From an uncultured delta proteobacterium (GTDB taxonomy: Bacteria > Desulfobacterota > Binatia > UBA9968): DNA of 64,000 nt. How positions within the stretch are numbered: the stretch's first letter is position 1; every line of letters starts with the position of its first letter. Made by a program: the position numbers and the translations under genes. The notes under the pieces are model-generated. The model was not told the origin of the DNA, made no database searches, and worked only from the letters and a program-made list of their open reading frames with translations. Positions 1-10,881 of the stretch are shown one piece after another. The stretch covers positions 128,001-192,000 of the forward strand of contig CAVSLC010000002.1 in assembly GCA_963728565.1 (NCBI GenBank). Direction: 5' to 3'.

Positions 1-791
1 GTGACAATCGGCAAACCGCGCAGGTCTGTACGGGAGGCGATTTCATCGGCACTGACAACAAAGGAGGCGCTGCTTGTCTCTCGGTGGACCTCGGGCGGGA
101 AGCTGGTGCTCAATCCATAACGGAACACTATCGATTGTACCTGCACCTCGGGATCGTCCGGATTGCCAATGACTTTTAGGAGCTCGGCTTGTGGCGGCGA
201 CGTCGCGGTCCCGTAACGAGAAATTTCAGCAGCAATGATCTTGCCCTTTTCGGGCCGCTCAGGCCCTCGAGTTAACGGGATCACCGGAGCGATTCTCGGA
301 TCCATCGGGACTAAGTAGCCATGACCTTCGATTTCATCGTAAGTACCAATCAGACGCTTGTGAGCCCTTTCGAGCACCTGGACTATGTGAGTTTCCAAGC
401 CGCCGCGTTTGTTTCGATCGACCCGTACCCTTATGCGATCGCCATGCATGACACGACGCATCTCGCGCCGATTTAAGTAGAGATCCACCGCGCCCTTTTC
501 GTCGAGAATGAGGAACCCGTAGCCGTCCGGATGGGCGTGGATTCTGCCCGTCATCAGGTTATCGCTATCGGGTAATCCGTAATGGTTCTTCTTTAGTCGG
601 ACCAATCTTCCGTCGCGCACCAACCGGCGCAAGGAATCGATGATGGTTTGTAGGTCGTCCTGTTTGAAGCCAGCCCTTCGAGAAATTTCCACCGGGGTTA
701 AGCGCAGGCGCGGCTTTCCCTTGAAGAGATTGGAAATCTTTTCTAGTACCTGCGGCGATTCTGTCGCTGCGGTTGCAGATCTGCGCGCCAT
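1..791 (-). CDS. rnr: Ribonuclease R, N-terminal part (runs off the window start; not in the ORF track)
   Basis: Manual translation from ATG 791: MARRS...GRIHAHPDGYGFLI...RTDLRGLPIVT, open to position 1; typical RNase R cold-shock domain and the lead-in to the RNB domain. Confidence 0.93.
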   Translation of the reverse strand, partial: MARRSATAATESPQVLEKISNLFKGKPRLRLTPVEISRRAGFKQDDLQTIIDSLRRLVRDGRLVRLKKNHYGLPDSDNLMTGRIHAHPDGYGFLILDEKGAVDLYLNRREMRRVMHGDRIRVRVDRNKRGGLETHIVQVLERAHKRLIGTYDEIEGHGYLVPMDPRIAPVIPLTRGPERPEKGKIIAAEISRYGTATSPPQAELLKVIGNPDDPEVQVQSIVFRYGLSTSFPPEVHRETSSASFVVSADEIASRTDLRGLPIV

Positions 792-859
792 ATAATTTCA
801 AGATCTAATGGAACCTGACGGTTTGCAATCAGCTCTGACTGAAATGATGATCACGTCCG

Positions 860-1126
860 TCACGGATCAATCGCGAGCTCCGTCATCAGCCAGTCATCGC
901 TTAGGTCCGGCGGAGGCGGGATCTCGGTCAAGGTGACTTCCTGCTGCAGTGATTTTACTATCGCGCGGGCAACCTCGATAAAGTCTGAAACGGCTAAAAG
1001 CACGATGATGGCCTTCTTGCGATCAATCGTTCGAATGATGCCGACTTCTTCATAGGACTCTAGAATGAATTTGATATACGCGATATCTGGAGGGCAAATT
1101 TCCAAGTAGATGGGAACCAAGCTCAT
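860..1126 (-). CDS. DUF4911-like small protein
   Basis: 88 aa, DIAYIKFILESYEEVGIIRTID motif; between asmA-like gene and rnr. Confidence 0.7.
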   Translation of the reverse strand: MSLVPIYLEICPPDIAYIKFILESYEEVGIIRTIDRKKAIIVLLAVSDFIEVARAIVKSLQQEVTLTEIPPPPDLSDDWLMTELAIDP

Positions 1127-1129
1127 GCC

Positions 1130-3793
1130 TTAGCGACTCAAAAATTGCTCGAGTTCTGCCGGGAGGGATTCTTTCTGTTCTTGGGGCTCGGGTCGTTTGT
1201 CGATTGGCGGTGGTTCGATCGTTTTCGGTAGAGAGCCGCGCCGGACGATCTGCGCGATGATGCGGCTGTCGGGTCGCACTCGCAGGTTCGCCAGAGTGCC
1301 TTCGGCACGGAATGGCAGATTGATTTGACCGCTGCGATCTATGAGATAGCGCAGACTCTTGGTCTCGCGCAAGAGCTCCTGACTGATTCGCAGCGACAAG
1401 ACCAACATTCCGTTCCATCGGGTTACCTGGTCAAGCATCATCCATCCCGCTGCCTTGATCCGATAATTTGCGGTTGTAAGCTGTAAATCTTCGGTGCGAA
1501 TCACTTCTTGGTCGAATAGGACCCGCGCCTCGATGTTTTCGAAGGGGGTGTCTTTGGATTTCGCCAACTCGGCTAAACTCGGCGAGAGCTGGAGCGAGAT
1601 CAGCGACCCAGAACTGCCGATTCGAGAGATCATGAGCGCAATCAGATTGAAGTTTTTGAGTGTTCCGCCCTGAATCCGGGTTTCTCCAGAGCCTTGCAAA
1701 GAGCCGGGTTTCATTCCGCCGTTGTGCGCCTCAGCACTGAATTCTCCTTGGAAATTCAGCTGACCCTCTATGCGATCTTTGGCCGCCGGCAATTTGCTCG
1801 TGAGTAAAGCCGTTAGATCCACCGAGTTCAATTGAGAGGAGAGTTCCAGGCGTTGAGATTTGCCGGTCTCGGTGATTGACACCTCGCGGCTGCGCCAGCT
1901 CCCGTTTAAAGCGCGAAACGAAAGATCTCTGAGGCTGATCTCTGCTCCCGACCAAGCTATCGCGCTACGCAGGTCGAGATACGGGACATCGTGCAGCGTA
2001 CCCTCCGAAGACGACACCGTCCCTCGCATCCGTGGCGTCCCGTCTTCCAACGTGAGCTTGCCACTCAATCTGACGTTTTGCAGGCGATCCGATCTCGCCA
2101 CTGGAAAATCGGCAAGATCGGCCAGATGTAAATTCGCTGAGCGAAGCTCGCAGGTTAGCGTGGGACTCGCCAGGTCGGCCACTGCTCCTGTCATTGCGAT
2201 GTCAGAAGACCTGACCCGAAACGCAGCTTTTTCAATGCGGGCCTGCTTGCCAAGTAAGAGAAGGCTGGCGCTTAGGCGCTCCAGCTTACGCCTGCTGTTC
2301 TCATTTCTTAACTCCGCTTCGCTGATCTCAAGCTTGCCGTTCATACTCCAGGACGAGTCGCCGATCATCACTTTCGAAGCGAGAACTTCGCCATGCAAGT
2401 TCCCGGTTACTCGAAACGCCTGCAGCGCTGGAAAGAGCTCAAGCACCTGAGACAAATCGGACTGATCGGCGCGGGCTCTGAGCTGCAGGCGGGCCCTCGA
2501 GCCATATTCATATACGCCTGAGAGGTTTGTTCTGGTGCTGCCCAATGTCAGAACCGATTCGTGAATAACAAATCGGTTATCCTGCCGTGAAATCTTCGAT
2601 GACCATTCAGCGGCGGTTCCTCTTGGCTTGCGCAGCCAAGTGCCGTAGCGAATCTCACTGTTCCGGGCCCGCACTATTGTCCCCAAGCGCAACCTATTCC
2701 ATGTTCCTTCGATGACACTCTCGAGGCTGACCTCACCATCGCCGCTAAGAGCAATGGGCAAGAGGTCCTGAAGCATGCTCGTGCCTTGAAGACGCGTGAT
2801 ATCGATGGAACTCAGACGAAGATTGCCCTTGAGTTGAGCTTCTGACCAGAGTCCGTTTGCGGAAAGATCCGCCGAGCCGTTCAGGACCGCGTTATAGTCT
2901 AAAGAGCCCAAGATCGGCGCTTTGACGATAAAGTCTAGAACCTGGGGTCGAGCCAGAACGCCGGCTAGCTTGGCGCGCAACGATAGCGGCCCGGCGATAT
3001 CGAGCTCCGGCGGAATTTTGTCTCGGAAGAAAGGAACGGCCCGAGTGAGTAGCGGCACGAATAACGAGTCGAACTCCACATTGACTTCGACGGGCTGTTC
3101 TTTCCATCCTTTGCCCCGAGCGAATGGTCCTAGATATCCGGCTACTCGCACGTCCTGACCCAAACTTTCGCTCAACGACGCGGCCAAGGTCATTTTCGCT
3201 CGGCCATTGGGGTTGATTCCTTGGAGATTTATGTCGACGCGCTTGATCTGCATTTCCGCCGGCGCACGCACCGAACGATCGATAAAGTCTATGCGACCAT
3301 TCTTAATTTGAAAGTTTGTGACAACGAAATTGACTGAGCTGAGCTCTCTTTTTGAAGCGGACGAGCGTTCTTTGGGCAAGTCAACGAGCTGTTTCCTCCG
3401 GTCTTCCAGGGACGAGATATTCATCACGCCTTCTTCGTTGGTGATGATCTGAAATTCCGGTTCGATGAAGGTTAATTTATTGATCACGATTCTGCCGAGC
3501 ATCAGGGAGAGCAGGCTGATACCCATCCTGAGTTCCTTTGCTCGTAGCAATGGAGTTGCGGCAAAGACCGGGCTGTCGGCGATTCGGAATTCTTTTGCGG
3601 AAAAACCGAGCCCAGTCAGCAACGTCACTTCGAATTCGTCGAAAGCGACGTCTTTGCCGGCGAAACTTTGGAGTTCCTCATAGACGAGATCGCGCCTGGT
3701 AGCGACGAGAAGATTGACAGAGTACACCAGCGCGACAGCGGCGAAGATGACCGCGCCCAGCGCAAGTGAAATGGATTTTTTCGACAACCTCAT
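1130..3793 (-). CDS. AsmA family protein
   Basis: 887 aa, N-terminal TM anchor, beta-rich repeats, C-terminal PF..IEA..F..EVIRTEDLQL AsmA_2-like region. Confidence 0.8.
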   Translation of the reverse strand: MRLSKKSISLALGAVIFAAVALVYSVNLLVATRRDLVYEELQSFAGKDVAFDEFEVTLLTGLGFSAKEFRIADSPVFAATPLLRAKELRMGISLLSLMLGRIVINKLTFIEPEFQIITNEEGVMNISSLEDRRKQLVDLPKERSSASKRELSSVNFVVTNFQIKNGRIDFIDRSVRAPAEMQIKRVDINLQGINPNGRAKMTLAASLSESLGQDVRVAGYLGPFARGKGWKEQPVEVNVEFDSLFVPLLTRAVPFFRDKIPPELDIAGPLSLRAKLAGVLARPQVLDFIVKAPILGSLDYNAVLNGSADLSANGLWSEAQLKGNLRLSSIDITRLQGTSMLQDLLPIALSGDGEVSLESVIEGTWNRLRLGTIVRARNSEIRYGTWLRKPRGTAAEWSSKISRQDNRFVIHESVLTLGSTRTNLSGVYEYGSRARLQLRARADQSDLSQVLELFPALQAFRVTGNLHGEVLASKVMIGDSSWSMNGKLEISEAELRNENSRRKLERLSASLLLLGKQARIEKAAFRVRSSDIAMTGAVADLASPTLTCELRSANLHLADLADFPVARSDRLQNVRLSGKLTLEDGTPRMRGTVSSSEGTLHDVPYLDLRSAIAWSGAEISLRDLSFRALNGSWRSREVSITETGKSQRLELSSQLNSVDLTALLTSKLPAAKDRIEGQLNFQGEFSAEAHNGGMKPGSLQGSGETRIQGGTLKNFNLIALMISRIGSSGSLISLQLSPSLAELAKSKDTPFENIEARVLFDQEVIRTEDLQLTTANYRIKAAGWMMLDQVTRWNGMLVLSLRISQELLRETKSLRYLIDRSGQINLPFRAEGTLANLRVRPDSRIIAQIVRRGSLPKTIEPPPIDKRPEPQEQKESLPAELEQFLSR

Positions 3794-3895
3794 GCGCTGC
3801 GAGGGATGAGCGAACTAGCAATAACGGCAGTGGTGTTCAGCGAGCTTTCTCGGCCGGCCGCGCTCGATTAACTTGCCCGGAAGTTTGATAGGCAA

Positions 3896-5098
3896 TCAGT
3901 TGATCCGCTCCACAATCGTCGCGATGCCTTGACCGACGCCGATGCACATTGTGGCCAGCCCATAGCGGCTGCCACGTCTCTTCATCTCGTGAACCAGCGT
4001 GGTCATGATGCGCGCGCCGCTACATCCGAGAGGATGTCCGAGAGCGATGGCGCCGCCGTTGACGTTTAACTTTTCTAGATCGATGCCGAGCTCGCGCGCG
4101 CAGGCGAGCACCTGTGAAGCAAAGGCTTCGTTAATTTCGACTAAATCGATTTGATCTATAGTGAGTCCGGCGCGTTTCATGGCTTTCTGAGCCGCCGGAA
4201 TCGGCCCGATGCCCATGTAGTTAGGATGAACGCCCGCGGCCGCCGAGGCGATGATACGGGCCATCGGCTTGAGCCGCAGTTGCTCGGCCTTTTCACGGGT
4301 GGCAATCAGCAAAGCCGCTGCGCCATCGGAGAGCGGCGAGGAGTTGCCGGCCGTCACCGAGCCGCCCTTTTTGAAGGCGGGCTGCAAAGCCGCGAGCCTT
4401 TCCAATGAAGTGTCGGCGCGCGGTCCTTCGTCTTTCTCATGCACCAGCGGCGCGCCTTTTCTCTGTGGAATCTCGACTGCGATGATCTCGTCTCGAAGCA
4501 GCCCCTGATCTTGCGCTTTTAAAGCCTTCTTGTGACTGGATAACGCAAATGCGTCTTGGTCCTCGCGGCTGATTTGGTATTTCTCGGCAACATTCTCGGC
4601 GGTCTCGCCGTTATTGATCAGAGAATAAAGCTCGCCCATCCGCTTATTCGGAAAGCGCCAGCCCAGCGAGCTATCATACAGAGTCACATCGCCGCGTTGA
4701 AAAGAACTGGTGGGCTTTCCCATGACCCAGGGGCCGCGCGTCATGCTTTCGACACCGCCGGCGACGAACAAGTCTCCGTGATCGGTCTCGGCGGCACGGC
4801 CGGCTTGATTGATCGCTTCCAGGCCCGAGCCGCACAGACGGTTGACCGTTGCGCCGGGGATGGTATAGGGGAGCCCGGCTAAGAGTGAAGCATTGCGGGC
4901 GACATTGCGCGAATCCTCCCCCGCTTGATTGGTGCAGCCGAAGTAAACGTCCTCGATTTCTTCCTTGTTGACGCCGGTTCTTTCGACGAGCTTGGCGATG
5001 ATGTATGCGCCGAGATCATCGGTACGGATATCTTTAAGGATGCCGCTGTGTCGCCCCATGGGCGTGCGCACGGCCTCGACGATCACGGCTTCTCTCAT
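3896..5098 (-). CDS. paaJ: Thiolase, 3-oxoadipyl-CoA/3-oxo-5,6-dehydrosuberyl-CoA thiolase-like
   Basis: [34 protein letters not shown] motifs; [12 protein letters not shown] is typical of PaaJ/PcaF; paa context. Confidence 0.85.
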   Translation of the reverse strand: MREAVIVEAVRTPMGRHSGILKDIRTDDLGAYIIAKLVERTGVNKEEIEDVYFGCTNQAGEDSRNVARNASLLAGLPYTIPGATVNRLCGSGLEAINQAGRAAETDHGDLFVAGGVESMTRGPWVMGKPTSSFQRGDVTLYDSSLGWRFPNKRMGELYSLINNGETAENVAEKYQISREDQDAFALSSHKKALKAQDQGLLRDEIIAVEIPQRKGAPLVHEKDEGPRADTSLERLAALQPAFKKGGSVTAGNSSPLSDGAAALLIATREKAEQLRLKPMARIIASAAAGVHPNYMGIGPIPAAQKAMKRAGLTIDQIDLVEINEAFASQVLACARELGIDLEKLNVNGGAIALGHPLGCSGARIMTTLVHEMKRRGSRYGLATMCIGVGQGIATIVERIN

Positions 5099-5177
5099 GA
5101 TTTCACCCGATTTTCATTACAGGATTCCGCTGTGACGACCCCAAGTGCGTGCGCACGGCATCCAATTACGAATCCTT

Positions 5178-5927
5178 TCATGACTTCACCTGCTCTTCAT
5201 AAGAATAGAACCCTCTACCGGTGGTTTCGCCGAGGAAGCCGGCCACAACAAGCTTTTTAAGGAGCGGCGTGGGGCGATACCGGTCGTCGCCGGTTTCGCG
5301 CTCGAGACCTTCGAGCACGGCAAGCACTTCGTCTAAGCCGATCTGATCCGCCCACCGCAACGGCCCCATCGGATAATTTACACCCAGACGCATCGCAATG
5401 TCGATTTCATCAGCTTTAGCCACGCCTTCTTCGAGGCTGCGCGCAGCTTCATTGATAATTAAACTCAGAATCCGGGGGAAAGTCAGCCCAGCGGCATCTT
5501 TCACCTTCACGGATTCCTTGCCTAGCGACTTGAAATGATCTTGCGCTTGCTGCAGCGAGCTGTCGGAGGTTCGAAGTCCAGCCGCTATCTCTATGATCTT
5601 CCTGTCTGCAAGCGGGTAAAAAGTCGCAAAGCCGACTACCCGCTCGGGCCGCTTTGTCCAGGAGGCCATCAAAGTGGTTGAGCCAACCAGACACGACGTG
5701 ATGATCACCGCCGACGGCGCTAACTCGCTGTCGAGCTTTTCTAGGGTACGTCTTTTCATTGCCTCATCGCCGGCTGAAGTATCGATCACCAAGGATGACT
5801 TGGCTTGAACGTGTGCGGCATCGCTCACTAACTCCGCGTCCAGACCCTTAACCTTGCTGAGCGCAATCCAGTCCTGCGCCAGCCGGTTGTTGCCGAGGAT
5901 CGCCAGGCTACTTTTTGTCGTAGACAT
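5178..5927 (-). CDS. 3-hydroxyacyl-CoA dehydrogenase-like, resembling the C-terminal half of PaaH
   Basis: [11 protein letters not shown]...[15 protein letters not shown]...GRGFYSY; degenerate Rossmann motif; overlaps the upstream gene by 20 nt. Confidence 0.8.
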   Translation of the reverse strand: MSTTKSSLAILGNNRLAQDWIALSKVKGLDAELVSDAAHVQAKSSLVIDTSAGDEAMKRRTLEKLDSELAPSAVIITSCLVGSTTLMASWTKRPERVVGFATFYPLADRKIIEIAAGLRTSDSSLQQAQDHFKSLGKESVKVKDAAGLTFPRILSLIINEAARSLEEGVAKADEIDIAMRLGVNYPMGPLRWADQIGLDEVLAVLEGLERETGDDRYRPTPLLKKLVVAGFLGETTGRGFYSYEEQVKS

Positions 5928-6774
5928 AGAACCCTCGGCCGGTCTTGCGGCCCAAGTTGCCGCCCATCACCATACGCTGCTGGATCGGGCTCGGCCGAAA
6001 TCTCGGATCGTGGAAAAATGATTGATAGAGCGAGTCAGTGGCGGCAAAATTGATGTCATTGCCGATCAGATCCATTAGCTCGAAAGGCCCCATGCGGAAA
6101 TTGCCCGCCTCCTTCATCACGCGATCGATAGTCTCCACCGAGGCATCGCCATCGCCAAGGACACGCAATGCTTCGTTGTAAAATGGGCGGGCAATGCGAT
6201 TGACGATGAAGCCCGGCGTGTCTTTCGCGCGCGCCGGCGTCTTGCCCATGCGGCGCATTAAATCCGTGGCCTTGTCGATGACAGCAGGGCTGGTCCGATC
6301 CCCTTGCACGACTTCGACCAATACCATGAGCGGTGGCGGATTAAAAAAGTGCAGACCCAACACTCGCTCCTGATGCTGCGTGTTTGCCGCAATAGCGGTG
6401 ACCGCAAACGATGATGTGTTGCTTGCCAGGAGCGTTTCCGGGCCGCAAATCGAATCGAGCTGTTTAAAGATATCGCGCTTGAGTTCCAGTTTTTCCGGCG
6501 CCGCCTCAATCACCAGGGCGGCTCCTTGACAGTCCTCAAGCTGAGTAGTGCTGCGCAAGCGAGCGAGAATCTGCTGCTCCTGCTCGGCGGAAAGTTTTCC
6601 GCGCTCGCGGCTGCCCTTCAAAAAGCCGCGAATACGACCCAGACCGGTCTCGATGAACTCCTGTTTGATGTCATACAGCAGAGTGTCGAATCCTGCTTGC
6701 GCCGCGACCTGTGCGATCCCGGCCCCCATAGTCCCGGCGCCGAGCACGGCAATCTTTTCTTTTGGGTTGGTCAT
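5908..6774 (-). CDS. paaH: 3-hydroxyacyl-CoA dehydrogenase (PaaH-like NAD-binding half)
   Basis: [40 protein letters not shown] motifs. Confidence 0.85.
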   Translation of the reverse strand: MTNPKEKIAVLGAGTMGAGIAQVAAQAGFDTLLYDIKQEFIETGLGRIRGFLKGSRERGKLSAEQEQQILARLRSTTQLEDCQGAALVIEAAPEKLELKRDIFKQLDSICGPETLLASNTSSFAVTAIAANTQHQERVLGLHFFNPPPLMVLVEVVQGDRTSPAVIDKATDLMRRMGKTPARAKDTPGFIVNRIARPFYNEALRVLGDGDASVETIDRVMKEAGNFRMGPFELMDLIGNDINFAATDSLYQSFFHDPRFRPSPIQQRMVMGGNLGRKTGRGFYVYDKK

Positions 6775-6829
6775 GCGCTTTGACAAATTCGGTGCGGCTT
6801 GAAACCGCTCACACGGGCCGCATAGAAGA

Positions 6830-7609
6830 TTATTTTCCCGTAAACGTGGGCGCGCGTTTCTCTAAGAACGCGCGTACGCCTTCATCGTAGTCCGAGCTTC
6901 GCCCGGCGATTTCCTGCAAGCAGGCTTCGTACTCGAGATCGACTTCGAGAGTTGCCAAATTGGCATGATTCACCGCTCTTTTGATCAGGCCGATGCCGCG
7001 CGGCGCGGCGGCGACTCTCGCAGCTAATTTCCTGGCTGAATCGGCAAACTCGGCGGTCGGAAATACTTTGGCTACCAACCCGATCCGTTGGGCCTCGTGA
7101 GCATCGACTGTCTCGCCCAGAAGCAGTAGCTCCATGGCTTTGCTAAGGCCGACCAACCGCGGCAGGATGAAGCTGCCGCCGGAATCCGGGGCCAGGCCGA
7201 CGCGCACGAAGGATTGGATAAATTTCGCCTCTTCCGAAGCGACGCGCAGGTCGCAGGCCAAAGCAAAGTTGCAACCGGCTCCGGCCGCGACCCCGTTGAC
7301 CGCGGCGATGACGATCTTTTCCATGTGCCGAATTTGCCGGATCATCGGATTGTATTTTTCCCGCAACGAAGCGCCCAGCGATCCTTTCTGATCCGGGGTT
7401 CGCCCCTTCAGATCTTGTCCGGCGCAGAAAGCACGGCCAGCTCCAGTGATCAAGAAACAACGCACGTCTTGGTCGCGTTCGCCGCTTTTGAGCGCGTCCA
7501 TGACTTCCTGATTCATTTGCGGCACGAACGCATTGAGCGCCTGGGGACGATTGAGCGTAATCGTCGCAATGCCGCTTTCCTTTTCGTAAATGATCGTTTC
7601 GTAAGCCAA
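6830..7609 (-). CDS. paaG: Enoyl-CoA hydratase/isomerase, PaaG-like ring-epoxide isomerase
   Basis: [25 protein letters not shown] motifs typical of PaaG. Confidence 0.8.
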   Translation of the reverse strand: MAYETIIYEKESGIATITLNRPQALNAFVPQMNQEVMDALKSGERDQDVRCFLITGAGRAFCAGQDLKGRTPDQKGSLGASLREKYNPMIRQIRHMEKIVIAAVNGVAAGAGCNFALACDLRVASEEAKFIQSFVRVGLAPDSGGSFILPRLVGLSKAMELLLLGETVDAHEAQRIGLVAKVFPTAEFADSARKLAARVAAAPRGIGLIKRAVNHANLATLEVDLEYEACLQEIAGRSSDYDEGVRAFLEKRAPTFTGK

Positions 7610-7624
7610 CAGAGGTGAGTCGCC

Positions 7625-8399
7625 TTATCTGCCTTTGTATTGGGGTTTGCGCTTTTCCAGAAACGCCTTCATGCCTTCTTTGCGGTCTTCGGATGCGAGC
7701 AGCATATAAAAGGATTTTCGTTCGAAGTCGAGGCCTTCGTCGAGCGCGGTGTTGGCCGCTTTGAGCACGGCCTCTTTCGCTGCTTTGATCGCCAATACCG
7801 GCTTAGCGGCGATCTTCTTGGCGATATTCTTTGCCTCTTCAAGCATCAGTTCGACCGGAATCACCCGGTTGACCAAGCCGATACGTTCAGCTTCGGCGGC
7901 GCCGATGATGTCTCCGGTGAGCACCAGTTCCATGGTCGCGGTGTTTGCCGATTAAATGAGTCAGCCGCTGAGTGCCCCCGCTGCCGGGGATGATCGCTAA
8001 ATTTACTTCCGGTTGACCGAAGCGCGCTGTTTCGGAAGCGACGATGATGTCGCAGCTCATGGCCAACTCACAACCGCCGCCCAGGGCGAAGCCGCTGACA
8101 GCGGCAATGACGGGTTTTGATATCTTATTGATCTTATCCCGATATGCGAGACGTCCTTGCACCCGCTCGTCGAAGGGGCCGAGCTCGGCCATCTCTTTGA
8201 TGTCCGCGCCGGCCGCGAATACTTTTTCTCCACCGGTGAGAATGATAACTCCAATGGCTTCATCCTCATCGAGGGCCTGCATTGCCAAGGATAAGTCTTT
8301 GACCAGATCATAGGAGAGCGAATTGAGCTGTTGAGGCCGATTCAAAGTTACGATGGCAATGACCCCATCGATTTCAACGGTGACGTTCTCGAAGTCCAT
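7625..8399 (-). CDS. paaF: Enoyl-CoA hydratase, PaaF-like (1-nt frameshift near 7937)
   Basis: FAAGADIKEM, GGGCELA, FGQPE in ORF 7887-8429 continue as MELVLTG in ORF 7625-7933; removing one base restores KHRAMELVLTG. Confidence 0.8.
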
Positions 8400-8677
8400 G
8401 AGTAGCTTGAACTTTAAGACATACACCATGGCCTAAGTCGATTCAAGAAACGATCGCGCCCGCTCCCCTTGGAACAGCTGCGAAAACAGCCAACTGTTGA
8501 TGCACGCCAAGCCTATCAGGGCCTATAGGTTATCGCGCCTCCTGAGAAGTTGTCGCCGCCCTTAATCAATGATGACGAATTGCGGCGCCCGCGCGGTTTC
8601 CACCAGGCTGGTTCCGGGGGCTATCGCTAACCAGCTCAATTGACAGGTCTTCGGCGATTTGCAAGTATCGTTTCCTT

Positions 8678-9358
8678 ATGTCCAGCCGCTTGGAGCCTGC
8701 TACCCGGCACTACGATGAAAAGCTGCAACACATTCTCAAAACCTCAGCCAAAATCTTTGCCGAAAAAGGCTTTCATCGCACCTCGGTGCGCGACATCTCG
8801 CGCGCCACAAAGATGAGTTTGGCGGGTCTCTACTATTACTTTACGACCAAGGAGGAGCTCCTTTACCTGATCCAGGAGCGCTGTTTTCTGACTCTGCTAC
8901 AGCGCTGGGAACAAGCTTCCGGCGGCGAGATGGATGTGCGCGCTCGCATTGGACTCTTCGCCGCAAATCACCTGAGCTTTTTTTGGCATAACACGCACGA
9001 GATGAAAGTGATGGCGCACGAAGACGAGTCGTTGAACGGCGAGTTCGCCGATAAGATTCTGGTGCTCAAGCGCCGTTACGTAAAGGTTCTCATGGACCTG
9101 GTTGAGGAATGGCAGCAGCAAGAAGGCGGCAAGGGAGTGGACTTGCGGGTCGCGACCTTTTCTCTTTTTGGCATGATGAACTGGACCTATACCTGGTATC
9201 AAGCCAAACGCGATTTGCCGTTGCCTCAATTGATCGAGCAGATGCTGGGGATTTTCTTCTTCGGAGTGTTGAAAGCAGGACAGATCGATGAACGTTGGTT
9301 TATTTCGACGCCGAGCCGGGAGAAAGATACCTTTTCGCTTTGGCAGAACATTCCTTAG
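8678..9358 (+). CDS. TetR/AcrR family transcriptional regulator
   Basis: N-terminal HTH (FAEKGFHRTSVRDIS...LYYYFTTKEELL), GMMNWTYTWY C-terminal motif; divergent from the paa-like genes. Confidence 0.9.
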   Translation: MSSRLEPATRHYDEKLQHILKTSAKIFAEKGFHRTSVRDISRATKMSLAGLYYYFTTKEELLYLIQERCFLTLLQRWEQASGGEMDVRARIGLFAANHLSFFWHNTHEMKVMAHEDESLNGEFADKILVLKRRYVKVLMDLVEEWQQQEGGKGVDLRVATFSLFGMMNWTYTWYQAKRDLPLPQLIEQMLGIFFFGVLKAGQIDERWFISTPSREKDTFSLWQNIP

Positions 9359-9382
9359 ACAGGGTAGCCGCGAGGAGCAAAA

Positions 9383-9916
9383 ATGAGTCTAGTGAGACTC
9401 GGCGATAAAGCGCCGGATTTTGCGGTAAAAGGAGTGCACCACAATAGAGTCTCGGAGTACTCCCTATCTCGCTATAAGGGCAAATGGCTCGTGTTGTTTT
9501 TTTACCCGGCCGATTTTACCTTTATCTGTCCAACCGAGGTCGTTGGCTTCAGCAGGCTGGCCGAGGAATTTGCCGCGCAAGAGGCCGAAATTCTTGGCGT
9601 CAGCGTTGATTCTCTGGACAGCCATCGTTCCTGGGCGGATGAATTGGGCGGCATCGATTATCCCCTGCTTAGCGACGAAGACAAGACTTTGAGCCGAGCC
9701 TACGGCGTTCTCGATGAGAGGGAAGGAGTTCCATTGAGAGCTACGTTCATCATCAATCCCAATGGCGAGGTCAGTTACCTGGTTATTAGCCACGTAAATG
9801 TCGGCCGCAGCGTCGAGGAAACTCTGCGCGTTCTCAAAGCGCTGCGCACCGAGCGTCTTTGCCCGTCGGAATGGAAGCCCGGCGAGCCCACCGGCGGTCT
9901 CGACCACAAATATTGA
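9383..9916 (+). CDS. ahpC: 2-Cys peroxiredoxin (AhpC/TSA)
   Basis: FFYPADFTFICPTE, GRSVEETLR, CPSEW motifs; GAGGAG RBS. Confidence 0.9.
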   Translation: MSLVRLGDKAPDFAVKGVHHNRVSEYSLSRYKGKWLVLFFYPADFTFICPTEVVGFSRLAEEFAAQEAEILGVSVDSLDSHRSWADELGGIDYPLLSDEDKTLSRAYGVLDEREGVPLRATFIINPNGEVSYLVISHVNVGRSVEETLRVLKALRTERLCPSEWKPGEPTGGLDHKY

Positions 9917-10008
9917 GCTGGCTCCAAGTTTCCAGATCGGCGCTCGCGCTGCTCGCTCTGTTCTGGTTTGACAATGAAGATTCTGATTTGAAACGGTGCT
10001 GATTCCCC

Positions 10009-10776
10009 ATGGTCCTGGAAGTTATACAGCAGAAGAAACAGGTTATTGAAAGCCGCGCGCGCATTCGTGAATTTGTTTTCGGCATACAAGATGGGCTGAT
10101 CAGCACGGTGGGTCTCCTGGCCGGTATTCATGGCGCCACTGAGAACCGGTTGGTGGTCATCATAGCGGGATTTACCGCGATGTTTTCGGGCGCGATTTCG
10201 ATGGCCGCGGGCTCCTATCTCTCGTCCGCCGCGCAGAAGGAGATATTCGACAAGGAGTTGCGCGAGGCCGAAGCGCTGGCTGAACGAGAGCCCTATATGG
10301 CCGCTGAAGGACTATTAAGAGCGCTGGGCGAAGAGGGTCTAAGCAAGGAACAGAGCTACCGGATGGTCAAGGTTCTCAGCCAAGAGCGTAACGTCTTCAT
10401 GCGGACCTTCCAGGAAAAAGTCTTCGGGCTGGGCAGTGCTGAAATCAATCAGCCGGTTCAGGCTGCGCTGGTGATGGGCCTGTCTTTTATTGTCGGCGCG
10501 ATCGTGCCGATTATTCCTTACATGATCGCATCGGGCCTGACGGCTTTTTACATTTCGGCTCTGCTTGGCGGCATAACACTTTTTGGCGTCGGCGCTTTCA
10601 AGGGGAAACTCGCGGGCAAGTCACTGACACTCGGCGGTCTGGAATTTTTCCTGGTGGCGGTCGGCGCCGCCGGGGCGGGATATCTGATCGGCTTGGTTGT
10701 GCAGTACTTCTTTCCCGGAGTTAATATTCCTCCGCCACAAGCTTCTGCTTCAAAGTTCACCGCAAGTATTTTCTGA
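10009..10776 (+). CDS. VIT1/CCC1 family Fe/Mn transporter
   Basis: REFVFGIQDGL, SMAAGSYLS, GAIVPIIPY motifs. Confidence 0.88.
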   Translation: MVLEVIQQKKQVIESRARIREFVFGIQDGLISTVGLLAGIHGATENRLVVIIAGFTAMFSGAISMAAGSYLSSAAQKEIFDKELREAEALAEREPYMAAEGLLRALGEEGLSKEQSYRMVKVLSQERNVFMRTFQEKVFGLGSAEINQPVQAALVMGLSFIVGAIVPIIPYMIASGLTAFYISALLGGITLFGVGAFKGKLAGKSLTLGGLEFFLVAVGAAGAGYLIGLVVQYFFPGVNIPPPQASASKFTASIF

Positions 10777-10881
10777 CCTGAGCTGAGATAGAAACCAAAT
10801 TCCAACGGCCTTCACGGTGTTGGACCAGGGCTGATACTTTTGCCGGGACTTCAGTGCGCCAACCGGGGAGATTGCGGATCT

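Noticed and set aside
565-801. 78-aa ORF from the track
   Set aside because: Alternative frame over the rnr N-terminus
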